Source: Octopus bimaculoides (Eukaryota). Taken from it: DNA of 44,872 nt. The position numbers and the translations under genes were made by a program. Positions 12,076-24,520 of this stretch are shown here, in pieces (position 1 is the first letter of the stretch; every line of letters starts with the position of its first letter). The stretch is taken from the NCBI RefSeq assembly GCF_001194135.2, contig NC_068999.1, positions 24,373,217 through 24,418,088 of the forward strand, read 5' to 3'. Under the pieces are notes generated by a model. It was not told where the DNA came from and did no database searches. It was given only the letters and a program-made list of their open reading frames with translations.

Positions 12076-12246
12076 TATATTCAAACTGGCAAGATCCAGC
12101 TTCTCACACCTACCCTACAATGTCATTCTAAACATAAACAATCATATCATCAATATCGCAAAGTTACAAGATAATGCATGATTAATTCAAAATGATGTGA
12201 ATAAAAAAGCATTGCTATTTGACAAAGTAATTTGAATACTAAAGGG
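12076..12246 (+). mobile_element. TTAA-flanked MITE family D, 3' part
   Basis: Ends AATACTAAAGGG|TTAA and is homologous to the full copies at 21770 and 36538. Confidence 0.75.
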
Positions 12247-13519
12247 TTAAGGGTATATATACAAGTCCAAACATTTTATTGTCACAGTGTACTGCTTTCA
12301 CTACAATCATGAGACAAACACAGAAAGACTTTAAATTTTAGCATTATAAAGTTTGTAATGTTACCTATGCATTTTCAACCCTCACAGTTCCATCTCATTC
12401 AAGAAGCACTGATTTCATTTTGAGGAGATCTGTGCTAACCTAGACTACACAATAATTAAAAACTGTTCTACATTAAGCAATGCAACTATTTATACGACAG
12501 TAAATCATTACTATTCTTCTATAACAGCAAATTTATTATGAATTGCTATCATGAACTTCCCTTCGGTTGTAGCTTTCCCTACACATTCAACTTATATTTA
12601 TTCAAGAACAATGAAATCTCAGCTATAATGTAAACCCCACTTTTTGTACCTATAAAGCGCATATTTTATCCTGTTCTTTTTTTTGCTTTGTTTTTTTTTA
12701 CACTCTCGTATGATGTTACTTCCCAGATGCTTTGTATTAAATTTCTTGTACAATACATGAGTAAATATGGTAATTTTTCTTTCCGAGAACTTCTTTCCTG
12801 TTTACATTTTGCTCTATAACTATGTCGCAACAATAAAACTGGAACCAAGAGAGGGTTGGCAACAGGAAGGGCATCCGGCCATAGAAAATCTGCTTCGACT
12901 CGTGCAAGCAAGAAAAAGTGGACGTTAAAATGATGATGATGATGATGATGAAGACTAATTTAACCATCCAGATCTCACTAAACTCTAATCAAGGAAAGCA
13001 GTAAGCGGCTTTGATCACCGATTCTCCAGACTAATGTATAATAATTAAAAAAGTTTCATTTTATTGCAAAACGAGCTCTATGGAAACATTATGCTGATTA
13101 GAACCACTTCATGTTACCTATGGTGGAAATGGAAACAACATTCAGTTATTCTACTCTTATGTGTTGTTTATCCACAATCAGCAGTCACTCAGCAGAACTA
13201 TGATCAAAAGCGAAGCATCATTAGTATTACAATATTCTTCCAGAGAGTAGAGTTTGATATGACGGAAATTTGGCTGTTATTTCTAGCTGACTGAACCATC
13301 ACATATGTGCCGTGTTGTTTAGTCCCAAAACTGCTTCAATCGGAAAGACGTATAATCAAATGAATTTCTATCACAGTCCCATCTTGTTTTCAGTTACTGT
13401 GTAACCAGGAGTACGTCATTTTATTTATTTATTTTGTGAATGGCAGGGTGTGGTTTGACGAGATTTGGCTGCTATTTGTAGCAAATCGAAGGCCAGCATA
13501 GAGGCTCCTCTTATTGGTA

Positions 13520-14330
13520 TTTTCAAATCGATCGGAGTCGTGCGGTGCGCGAGAATGATTTCGGCGAATCAAATTCACCGTTCGGTTTCCACTCCCAGTA
13601 GGAACCGCTTCGCTTAGGATGTTAACGTCACAACTTCCTATTTTACATTAAGAAAAAATCATGCTTGTTAGTACGATACATATATCAAGATTTGTATATT
13701 GCAACTATATAGAATTATAGACAATAAACGTAAGTAATATGGTATATCAGTCATTCTTTATATTAGTAGCTGTTTTATGTTACAAACCATTGGTATTTTA
13801 AAGATCCACGAAATATATTAAAAGAGTATTGTTGAATGTGTGAATATGTTAAGATGTAATATAACTCGTTAAAAATCTGTTTTCGAAAAAAAAAATGTGT
13901 AAGACATTCTAAATTAAGTAATTTTGTTGTTTTTATATTCATTGCATCTGTTATCATGGACCATATCGAAACAATTTTAAATACTTAAGGAACTTGTCGA
14001 AGAAGCGCATGTTTCTTTCTAACATCCCAAACCAGAATTGTTCTTTAATTAGTTCAAGATTTCTATTACTCAGTTTGTAATCAATAGAACGAGAATGAGC
14101 AACGAGGAGAAACAGTAGTAGCGAGTCTCGACAACAGTTTCAGAATAGAAGCTGAGAACACAGAATTCAATTAAAGTAGCAGGTGAGCTGTTATTTCATA
14201 GAAGAAAGAAAGAAACTGCTGCAACTGCTGAGTGCTAAACTCGGAGCGTCATCGCGTAGAACTCTTCTGTGTTAGAGATGTTAATTGGATCTCTCCATCC
14301 AAAATGGATGCTGCTCTTTGGTAAGCATCT
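13520..14330 (+). promoter_or_regulatory. Probable Rap2 promoter and non-coding first exon region
   Basis: Non-repetitive sequence with locally dense CpG (13525-13615, 14090-14260), Inr-like TCAGTT at 14070-14075, and donor-like CAG|GTGAGC (GT 14183) and TTG|GTAAGC (GT 14321). A pyrimidine tract plus AG at 15131-15149 is a candidate acceptor ahead of the CDS. Confidence 0.5.
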
Positions 14331-15467
14331 TAGACAACCAGACGTTTGTTGAAAATTACTATTTACTTGTTCAGCCTCGCACGCTGGAGCAGAGCTTCGA
14401 AAAGGTACAGTAAAATGCTCACATATAGAACGATTGTATTAAAGATCATATTTGGCTTTAGATCTTATTGCTGGTTGAAACAAGAGTTCTACATAGTTCT
14501 CTTTCTAACCTTTTTAGCATTCTTCATCTTAATGGGACGTTATAAATACTGTTTTTTACTCTTTATCCTGCTGTGTGACTCTTATGTCGCTCGCTACTTA
14601 GAGAAATTCCCTTTTTCTTTAACGTTATCCTTTTTTTATTCCCAGTTCTTATTGTCGATTAACGAAATGTTACCTTTCTACAGTTACCAACTGCGGTACT
14701 ATTGTACCAATGCTCTTAAAGTCTGTTAACTATGTGCATAACACTTAAACGCATACAGATTATCACACACACGCACACATACAATCACACTTCCTCTGTT
14801 CATTCACTTGACACTCCTAATCTCAGCGAGTCTTTCTCTCTCGTTGGCCTGTTCAATAACATTTCAACTTGTGAGTTTCTTTTTCATTATCATCTTTACT
14901 TTTGTAAAACAGAAATACATTTAAAAAATTTTATTTACATTTTATTTAATTTGTAGCATTAATTTAAAGCTTGTGTCATTGTGTTTACATCAGCAACGGC
15001 TGTCAACGTTTGTTCTACGTTTTAAACATCTTCGCGACTCTCAGTTTAGGCTACTTGTCATATGTTTTTCTCATACTTCCTTAAATTTACCATCTTGTAC
15101 ACCTTATTGTTTTGCTATCTACTCAATAATTTTCTTTTTATTTGTCTAGTGATTAAATCAGCTATTCAAACTGCCGTCCTATCAACCTCGTTGACAGAAA
15201 ACTACATACAATGAAAAATATCAAATAAAGAAAAGACTTTTTACTGCTCAAACGTCGTTTACATACAGATAATTATATTCGTATCGTCTCTGATTAAAAC
15301 AGCCTCCGAACCAAAATCTGGAATATTTTTTAACCAAATAATAAAAAGAAGGGAAAATGATTATACTAATTAATCGTTGCTAAATTAATCCAAGTAGTTT
15401 TCTTGATCTGTTATTTGTCTATTCTTTTCAATATCAATTTTTTTGAAAATTGGCACTAAAACTCATT

Positions 15468-16010
15468 ATGAAGGAATACAAAGTGGTTGTTTTAGGTAGC
15501 GGAGGTGTTGGCAAAAGCGCTCTCACCGTGCGGTTTGTGTCTGGTAATTTTATGGAGAAATATGATCCGACTATTGAAGATTTCTATCGGAAGGAGATCG
15601 AAGTGGAGACTGCTCCTTGTGTTCTAGAGATCTTGGATACAGCCGGCACGGAACAGTTTGCTTCTATGAGAGACTTGTACATAAAAAACGGCCAAGGCTT
15701 TGTTATAGTATATAGCATTACTAGTCTGCAGACTTTCCAGGATATCAAAACTATGCGTGAACAGATTATGCGAGTGAAAGGTGTCGATCGGATCCCTATG
15801 TTGTTGGTTGGGAACAAAGTCGATCTTGCCCAGACTCAGCGTGAAGTGAATACTATAGACGGAGCTCTTCTATCTGATAACTGGGGCTGCCCATTCTTTG
15901 AGACTTCTGCTAAAACCACACTTAACATCGACAATGTCTTTATTGAGATTGTGCGGGAGATGAATGCTACACCAATTAGAGAAAGAAGAGAATGTTGCAG
16001 TATTCTGTGA
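15468..16010 (+). CDS. RAP2: Rap2-subfamily Ras-related small GTPase, 180 aa, single coding exon
   Basis: All G motifs are intact: [33 protein letters not shown]. Thr61 marks Rap; Phe39 and [17 protein letters not shown] mark Rap2 rather than Rap1. The protein ends in CAAX (CCSIL). The ORF track starts at TTG 15450, but ATG 15468 ([10 protein letters not shown]) matches the canonical Rap2 N-terminus. Confidence 0.96.
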   Translation: MKEYKVVVLGSGGVGKSALTVRFVSGNFMEKYDPTIEDFYRKEIEVETAPCVLEILDTAGTEQFASMRDLYIKNGQGFVIVYSITSLQTFQDIKTMREQIMRVKGVDRIPMLLVGNKVDLAQTQREVNTIDGALLSDNWGCPFFETSAKTTLNIDNVFIEIVREMNATPIRERRECCSIL

Positions 16011-16013
16011 ACA

Positions 16014-16022
16014 CAGGTAAGT
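16014..16022 (+). other. 5' splice donor CAG|GTAAGT in the Rap2 3' UTR (intron would start at 16017)
   Basis: The sequence reads TGA ACACAG GTAAGT, a full consensus match 6 nt after the stop codon. Confidence 0.7.
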
Positions 16023-16780
16023 TTATCTTACAGTTTGCTATTATGGAATCTGGCTGATGTTCATAGATATTTATACTAAGCGCAAGTGTTTACTTCAATT
16101 GTAGTTGGTGCTTAAGTTTTGCTTCTACAAATTATCTTATATTTTTATAATATTATTTTTGACAGTAAATGAATATTTATTCGAACTATATCTTCCATGT
16201 TCGACAGTCATTTTTTAATTGTTCAGATAACTTTATTACAATGTTTTTAAGATATTTAGTATCCCTCGCTTGTCATGTCAGTCCTCTGCCCTTTATGGCC
16301 GCCATCCCACTGGTATAATATCACATTTAACAATCAACAGCTACCTATCCCTGAACGAAATGTTTTCTTTATTATTCACTCAAAATTTGAAAAGACCCTA
16401 CGCTGATTTTTAGATGAGGTGTTACAACGAATTATATGTGTGTAAGTGATTAATGAATGCCTAAATTCTGTCCTACTCCAGTTAGTTCCACATGGCATTC
16501 TACAATAGCGCCATGTTAATTTTGACTGTCCCACAATGCACTTTCCAGCTTGACGTCACTTTAGCATTGTGTTGCTAAGTGGCACAGCCAGCTACTCTGA
16601 TTCATTCAATTAGCGATTTTACTGTTTTCCCCTTTAACAACCAACTTCATGAACTTTAACCTTTTCTCAACATATGCTTATATATAAATTTCCTGCTATA
16701 AGTTTCTAAATGAGACTCCCCTGTCGTTTAGTCTTTTATAACTAAATATCAGTAAGCAATGGTGTGCCTGTATGTATGTA

Positions 16781-16935
<155 letters not shown>

Positions 16936-18576
16936 ATCTATGTGGCTACTTGTATAATGTCATTGTTTCAGTAGGTGTTTATTCCATTTCCAGTTTGGTA
17001 TTTCAGAGCTTGGGAGTGTTTATCTTCAAAGTCGACTTGAAATTTACTAAGATTTTTTTTACCCAATATATTTTATTCCTTTTAATAATTAGGTAGCGGT
17101 TAATAAATATACAATGCAGCAGTCTTACGTAGTTGTTGAACTTTGTAGCAGTGACACTTGTAGCTGCAGGCCATATCTTCAACGACGACTGCATACTACT
17201 GATATAGTTTCACATCATGTGCTTAATGTTGACTAAAATTTCCTTACTTTAAAGACTCCCCGCAGCAAATCTGCAGTGTTAACCAAAATACAGTGCTTGT
17301 TATGCGTTATCAGTGTGATTAAATAATAATTATTAGTATAATATTAAAAACATCAATGTAACGTAAACTTATGAAAACGTCTAGGTCCAATTTGAACAAT
17401 TTTGGTGTGACATTTTCTGTAGGAAAGTTCAATTGCAGATATTATGTAGAAATATTGGAAATCGTTAATGTCTAATAACAGTAAGAAGAGATATAAATCT
17501 TTGTTAAGGTACTTATTCTGGAGATGCACGAGTTTTCGAGTTAGCCATTGGCAACTATGACCGTGTATAACGTCACCGAAAGAAATTAAATTAGTTTTGA
17601 CATTTTTTTTCTTTCCTCCCAAGCAGATGTTCGTGAAATTTTGTTCAGACAGTAGTGTCGTGTTGCTATGTAAACAAATATGTCACGTGCACATGTCTAT
17701 ATATCTAATCGCGTCAACTGTAGAGAACTGTTATGTCCCGTTTACATCTTTGTCAGTTACACGATTGGCAATTTGAAATTCGCATGTTTTCTTCTGTTAA
17801 TTTCACTCTTTAGAAAGTAAATTCATCGCGTGATGAGGGCGAATCACTATTTTACAGTTTGCCAAGCGTAATAATCATCTGCTAACTACTGTAGAAACTT
17901 GAAGACTGCTTTTTATTGAAACAAGGGGTTTGTGGGATTTACGAAGTCGAAAGATATTTACAAAACCCCTCTTTCCATTCATCTCTAGTGTGAATTGTAG
18001 GCATATTAATCGACGCTATACTCTGTTTTGGCGATCCTGCAAAAATAATTGACAGTTGATCTCGGCTAGATTTGAACTAAGAACACATAAAGCTCTAACT
18101 AATACCTCTAAGCTATTGGCCCAACGCTCTAATAATTACGCCAACCCAACGTCGAATTTAAGATTTAACAGCAGAAACAGCTTGGGAATTATTATTTACG
18201 AGCAGTGTCATTTAAATGTTCATAGGGACCGATATTTGGGTGCGGTTTAAGGCAAGAAGCCAATGAGAAAACTGCTCCACTATGATGGGACACCATTTAG
18301 TTAGTGGTTAACATTCTACATGACAAGACAATCTTCTTGTACTAGATAAAAATAGATTCATCGAGGTATTCCACAAATATAATCAAAACACAGTGAGACG
18401 CCTCCAACGAATTGGGTGCCCAGTTATCGAGCAAATACCATAACATTTCGTTTGGCGGTATGCAAATTACGTATGCAAAATCGTACATTAGTATATAAAC
18501 AGTCACATGGCAAGCTGGGAGTTGAAAGTAAGTTGAGTACGAACGGTGGTGAACACTAAAGTATAAATATGATATT

Positions 18577-18787
18577 GGTTTCAGATGTTGGCTCCATACC
18601 ACCAATTTGGGGACGGGGGGGATAAGTCAGTTACATCGACTCCAGTACTCAACTGGTATCGATCCCAAGAGGATGAAAGGCAAAGTCAACCTCGTCGGAA
18701 TTTGAAATCGGAACGATAAGACGGACGAAATGCCGCTAAGTAAGCATTTTGCCCGGCGTGCTAACGAGTCTACCAGCTCGCTGCCTT
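18577..18787 (-). mobile_element. SINE family A, near full length (a head fragment also lies at ~18057-18152)
   Basis: The reverse complement reads AAGGCAGCGAGCTGGTAGACTCGTTAGCACGCCGGGCAAAATGCTTA...; CpGs are largely retained. Confidence 0.75.
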
Positions 18788-19674
18788 AACGTATATAATA
18801 CATATTGATAAAGCACCATAAACGTGAATGGAATTATAATACATATGTTTATCACTTGTTATTTCGACACAAACATAATTATATACTGACATTTTAGATG
18901 TATGTGTATACAACGGCGACATAGAGATAAAAAATTATTTCTGAACAAACTATACCAGGCTAAAATGCGTAGATGTGTCGGCACATACATTTATATGTGT
19001 ATAGACACATATATGAAAACAGTGACACACTTACAATTATATACATATGTATTAAAATGTGTGTACATATAATACAGCTATTCAACTTATATATTTGCGT
19101 GTGTATACATGTATACACACACACACACACACACACACACAAAGGCAGATGTATAAGTAGGTGGTTTCGGGTTCACTCTTACTTCGTTGTACCTTGTTTC
19201 TTCTATAGACCCAGGCATCGTATGTGTGTATATATGCATATATTTATATTCACATGTGTGTGTATGCAGCTTTGTTTGATAAACTGGTGTCGTTTTATTA
19301 CATCAGCGTAACTTAGCAGTTCGGCAAAAAGATAATAAGAATGAGTATCAGATTTAAAATAATTACTGGGACCAATTTGTTCAACAAAGCCCTTTGGTGA
19401 AGTGCGCCTGTATGTCCACAGTTCAATCAGTAAAACAAAAGAATACAAAGAAGTGTATAAATGGTTATTGCAGCCATGCTGGAGCACGGCCTTGAAGAGT
19501 CTAAACGATGAGATTGACCCTGTTGCATACTTTTAAGTTTAGTACATACACTACCAGTCTTTCTTCACCAGACCTCTCAGTTATATGCACTGAAACACAC
19601 CAACACCAGTAAACTTGTGATGATGAGATAAACACAGACATCCATCCATACATACATATTTATATATTTGTGTG

Positions 19675-20060
19675 TATTTCAGTCATGTGACTGCAGTCAT
19701 GCTGGTATACCACCTTAAAGGGTTTTTAGTCGAACAAATCGACCCCATGACTTATTTTTTAAGCCTAGTACTTATTCTGTCAGTGTCTTTTGCCTAACAG
19801 CTAAGTTACGGTGACTTAAATACTGGGTTGTCACGTGGTGATGGGGGTACAAAGACAAACACACATAGATAGATAGATCGATAGATCATAAGTACATACG
19901 TACATACAACGGGATTCTTTCAGTTTCCGTCTACCAATTCCACTCACAAGGCTTTGGTCAGCCTGAGGCTGTAGCAGAAGACACTTGGCCAAGGTGCTAC
20001 ACAGTGGGACTGAACTCAGATTCATGTGGTTGGGAAGCAAGCTTCTTACTACACATCCAC
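19675..20060 (-). mobile_element. SINE family B, full length with internal microsatellite
   Basis: Head GTAAGAAGCTTGCTTCCCAACCACATG, core CACCTTGGCCAAGTGTCTTCT, and tail GTAACTTAGC..GGCAAAAGA..GAATAAGTACTAGGCTT. Confidence 0.75.
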
Positions 20061-20479
20061 ATATATGTAAGTATGTATTTGTATCATTGCCTGTGTGTGT
20101 GTGTGTACACGCACACACACACACACACATGGGCACAAGAGCATGCTCAGAACTTTTTCACCAAGGTGGGCTGCTCTTCTCAGGAATCATATACTGCCAA
20201 TTATTCTGGTCTTTTGTCATCTTCTCCATGACATTTCACCATTTAATATGAATAGAACTCATGGAAAAGAAAAAATCCAGGAAGACAAGGGCCGAAGTTT
20301 ATACCTGTTTCTTTTCTGCATATTGAGTAAGAGCATTCACCTGAAGGTACCAGGACCTTGTCTTCTTTTCTACTAAAAACCTTCATTTTTAGTAAGTTTA
20401 GTTAATAAAGACCTATTGATTCTAAATTTAGCTTCCAAGCCTGGAATTTCCTTTCTAATGTCTCTATGGATTTAGCTAT

Positions 20480-20950
20480 GGGAATTAAATCATCAGCATC
20501 CTAGTGTTCCCATGGATACCGTGTCTTAACTCCTCAGGAGAGGACTGAGGTCTGAACCTTGTTAGATTCCTACCACCAAATTACTGTATGTGGTGCCCTG
20601 TCAGACACCTTCTCCAAATCAGCTAAAACCAGGAATAATGATTTATTCTTAACCAAGTATTTCTCCTGCAGTTGCCTCACTTATAAGATTGCATCTGTAG
20701 TACCTCTTCTGGCCATGAGGCCAAACTGCATCTCATCTAGGTCTGCTCTGTCATAGATCAGTTGTGCTTTGACTCTCTCTATGGCCTTCGTAGTGTGATC
20801 CAGTTGTCTGATTCTTCTATTGTGCATTCTTTGCAAGGTGTCTCCTTTGCCTTTATAGCAGTTTACAATGATACATTGCCAGTCATTGGGTATACTACTG
20901 GTTTCTTTCAGTTTCTGTCTACTAAGTTCACTTACATGCTCAGTTAGCCT
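20480..20950 (-). mobile_element. RTE-clade LINE RT fragment, degenerate
   Basis: IPNDWQCIIVNCYKGKGD...LDEMQFG..RGTTDAIL; same family as the frame at 44533. Confidence 0.85.
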
Positions 20951-21337
20951 GGATCTGTAGTACAAAATACTTACCCCTTATTTGCTGGCAGGGAGATGAA
21001 TTGTTGTTATCTCTACCACTCGAATGTCCATCATTGACAAGACCTGGGAACGTCAAAGTCATGTGATTTGGTGCTGGAGGTGGAAAGGATTTATCTCCTC
21101 ACTAGTGATATAAATAAGCATGCATTTTGCACTGAAAGTCAATATAAGAGTTTCTCATGGTAACTACTGCAGTATAGTTTGTTCTAACAGAACATCCACA
21201 TTTAAGTGGGGATAAATAAAACTTAGCCAAGATGTCATATGGTAGAACTGAATTGAAAACCACATGGTTAGAAGTGAACTTTGTAATCACACTCTCATGC
21301 CTACACTTAACTGAGGACTTTACTTACAAGTATGTAG

Positions 21338-21393
21338 GTGCTAATTAAGCTTGATGTGCTAATTAAGCTTGATGTGCTAATTAAGCTTGATGT
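21338..21393. repeat. Perfect tandem repeat, 3 x 18 bp (GTGCTAATTAAGCTTGAT)
   Basis: Units start at 21338, 21356 and 21374. Confidence 0.95.
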
Positions 21394-21769
21394 TGCTTAA
21401 GAGCAGTGATCAGACAAGAATCAATATTTTCAAAGTGATATTACTGTAAACAGCTTCTTTATGGGCATATACATAAATTTATTTTGTATGACAAACAAGA
21501 ATAGAACTCAACAGTGATTATTTTTCAATTGATGGATTGTTTCCAATCTTTCAAGAAAACATGTCTGGTCATTAGGAAGTATGGGAAACGAATACAAGTT
21601 GGCAACACTAAAATCATCTGGCCACAACAAATCTACCTCAACAAATCTGTCTGACATATATGTATGCACACATACATACATACATATCTATATCTTAATA
21701 GATATACATATGTACATGTATACATATTAATGTTGTTTTTATGTCAAGTTATGTATAAAAATAATTTAA

Positions 21770-21988
21770 CCATTTAGCATTTAATCCAGCCATATCCAGT
21801 CTAAATATTCTACCTATTTTATGTTAAAACTGACCAGATCCAACCTCTTACACCTACCTTACAATATCATTTAAAAATATACAAATACACCATTGAAATC
21901 TTGAAACTACAAGATAGTCCGTAATTAATTCAAAACAATGTGAATAAGTAAGCAATTCATTTGACAACAAAATCTGAATGCTAAAGGG
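21770..21988 (+). mobile_element. TTAA-flanked MITE family D, full length (piggyBac-like ends)
   Basis: TTAA|CCATTTAGCATT ... AATGCTAAAGGG|TTGA, with short TIRs. Confidence 0.75.
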
Positions 21989-22299
21989 TTGATAATAAAT
22001 TGAAGGATTATTCAATACTATTTAGCAGTGTACATTTTGATTAAATGTTTACAAGCAAAAGGTTGACTGTGACTTCTAAGTTTCAGTTTGCTTGTTTTTG
22101 ACAAACTGACAAAACCAAATTATCACCATTGTTTTAACTCCCATTTTTCCATACTTGCATAGACTGGATAGAGTCTTTTGACGCAGATTTTCTATGGCTG
22201 CATGCCCTTCCTGTTGCTAAGTTTCATCTATTTAACACACAAGGTAATATTTTCCCTTCCCCATACAAAATATTAGAAATAAACACCACTACTTGTATG

Positions 22300-22558
22300 A
22301 CAGTGATGCTCATTTACAATTGTGACACAATGTCAAGACAAGGAGACACTATGACATACACACACACACACACACATTAAATGATGAGGAGGAGGAGGAT
22401 GACAATAGGCTTCTTTCAATTCCTGTCTATCAGATCCACTCATAAGGCTTTGGCCAACCCAGCAATTTAGTAGAAGACACTTGCCCAAGGTACAACTTGA
22501 TACTGAACCAAAAAACATGGTTGGGAAACAAACTTCCTGACCACACAGCCGCACCTGC
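22300..22558 (-). mobile_element. SINE family B, 5' half
   Basis: Homologous to 19675-20060. Confidence 0.65.
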
Positions 22559-22859
22559 ACCTATAACACACAGAGAAAAAGAATTACCTAGCAGTTAGTT
22601 TAACCATTAATATATGAATGTGTATGTGTGTGTATATTTGACTCAGTTTCATACGGCTTAAAGTTTTGTGGGTACATAAGATACATTCGTTTTATCAAAT
22701 ATCAGAAGAGAGAGAGAGAGAGAGATTTAAGACAGATTCAAGATGTCTTCTAAGTGTTAGGCCTTTATTGGTCAACTCAGGTTATATTGTGATAATGCTG
22801 TGGATGTGACTCCAGCTATTTATCTATTTTTAAACCCACATGCTTGAACTAGATGCTGG

Positions 22860-24520
22860 CATCACTTTGGTGGAAGACTGTGGTATAGTGTATTCTGCAA
22901 TGTTAGTCCCTTATATAGGGTACTGCACATGGTAGGGTGGGATGCTGGTAGCTTCTCTTCATTTCCAATTATTTCTTTCTTCATTTGTACTTCATCATTT
23001 ATTTTGGTGCTTCTGATGGCTGGCAAGAGTGATTTTTGCATGGAACAATTGTCCACAGGTTACATCTGGTGGTTAGTGATGGTCTTGGTTGGGGTTGGCA
23101 GGTATTTTGTTATAGCCATTTATCATCGACACACACACACACACACACACACACACAAGTGTCTGTGCATGCATGTGCCTTTTTTTAAGTATTTTATATA
23201 TATAATTTGAACTTCTCCAAAAAGTGAGCTATAAACAGTGATGATATTGTTGGCATTTCTCTTTTCCACAAGCCATAAACAGCTTTGACATTTGATGACA
23301 TAAAGTAAGATATCCCTTACTGGAAAATCAAGTATGAGCAAGTGACAGAATGAGCCTCTGGCTGTAAACTATTGCCTCAATAATATATTTGTCTATGACA
23401 TGTATGCCAAAATGATTTGCATGCATGTGTGTGTGTCTAAATATGGTTATACATGATGATTGCCTCATCTTGTCAGATGATAGCTGTCTCACATTCAGCT
23501 TGACTGTTCTGATTTACTTTCATCTTTGTATGTGATGTGTGGATATGACTTTTTAGGCCAGCCACTGGTCAAGTCTGCAAATGCTGATGCACATCCATTA
23601 CCATAGGATTTTATAAAATACAAAATAAATCAAGAAATGAAATAATCGGGAAACATCTGTATGTCGTTGGATTTCAGTGACAAAAGATTGATAACATTTT
23701 GCCACTCTCTTGGTCGCTATACATACATATATAATTTTTCTTATGTTCCTTATTCCCCTTGCCTAAAATGCATCAGTTATCCTAATCCTAATGGTAGTTG
23801 CATTTTTTTATTTGTAAACTTAATCTAGGTAGCTGCTGAGATGTTGCTTCTGCATTACAGTCTTGCTCAAATAACATTTTTATAGATTTAAGGCCCTGAC
23901 TGCTTTCCTTGTAAGGGCAATATAGTCTATTTGTATCACTGTTTTATTAATATTTCTTATTAGTCTGAGCAGTTTCTAATCTGTATGTCCATCTCATTAT
24001 GTTCGTGTTATAACCAGTTCAAAAAAACCAAAAGTAGAAGTCAAGATAGGCTCAACAAAGTTGTTTTAAGCTATATTGCTTGTAGATTACCATATTCTTT
24101 TTCCTCTCTTGAGGTACTCATTTCTTGCCCTCCCCTTGTTAATAGGTCTAACATACTTGACATTCTCATCTGGTCCAAAACGTTTGTATTTTTTACCTTA
24201 CTGTAATGATAGGCCATTCATTTTGTATATTTTCTTGGCAGGTACAAATTTTTCTTGTTATTCACCAAATTTTATTCGAATGTCTGTGGAATATTTCCAC
24301 ATTGAAATCCAATAGTTTTACATTCTTACTGTTAGTCGTTTCATGCAGTTTCAAGTCATCCTGAAGTAAAGTTGAGAGATGTTTCTTGAGTCACGATACA
24401 TTTATAAATTCCATGCTTTGGGAAAAGGTACAACTGTGGGTTTAACGAATGAAGAAAATGTAGTAGACAAGGTATCATCCTATAGGATCTCCACATCTTT
24501 TCAAATTAATATGACATCCT
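22860..24520 (-). mobile_element. Very old RTE/RTEX-like LINE remnant
   Basis: The minus strand gives L*DDTLS (~QGDTLA), YF-DDLKL and KRIW*S..FVEPILT at ~24500-23990, and a zinc-knuckle-like TCGQLFHAKITLASHQKH near 23060-23000. The motifs are in the expected order but heavily decayed. Confidence 0.4.

Noticed and set aside
14346-14729. 127-aa hydrophobic ORF upstream of Rap2
   Set aside because: TTG start in T-rich sequence just after the 14321 donor. It is probably intronic, has no recognisable domain, and the hydrophobicity follows base composition.
15450-15467. N-terminal extension from the TTG start
   Set aside because: ATG 15468 matches the conserved Rap2 start, and nothing supports a non-AUG start.
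15584-15817. 77-aa antisense ORF inside Rap2
   Set aside because: A shadow frame of the real CDS with no recognisable features.
21338-21393. CRISPR-like array
   Set aside because: The units are contiguous with no spacers, the context is eukaryotic, and there are no cas genes.
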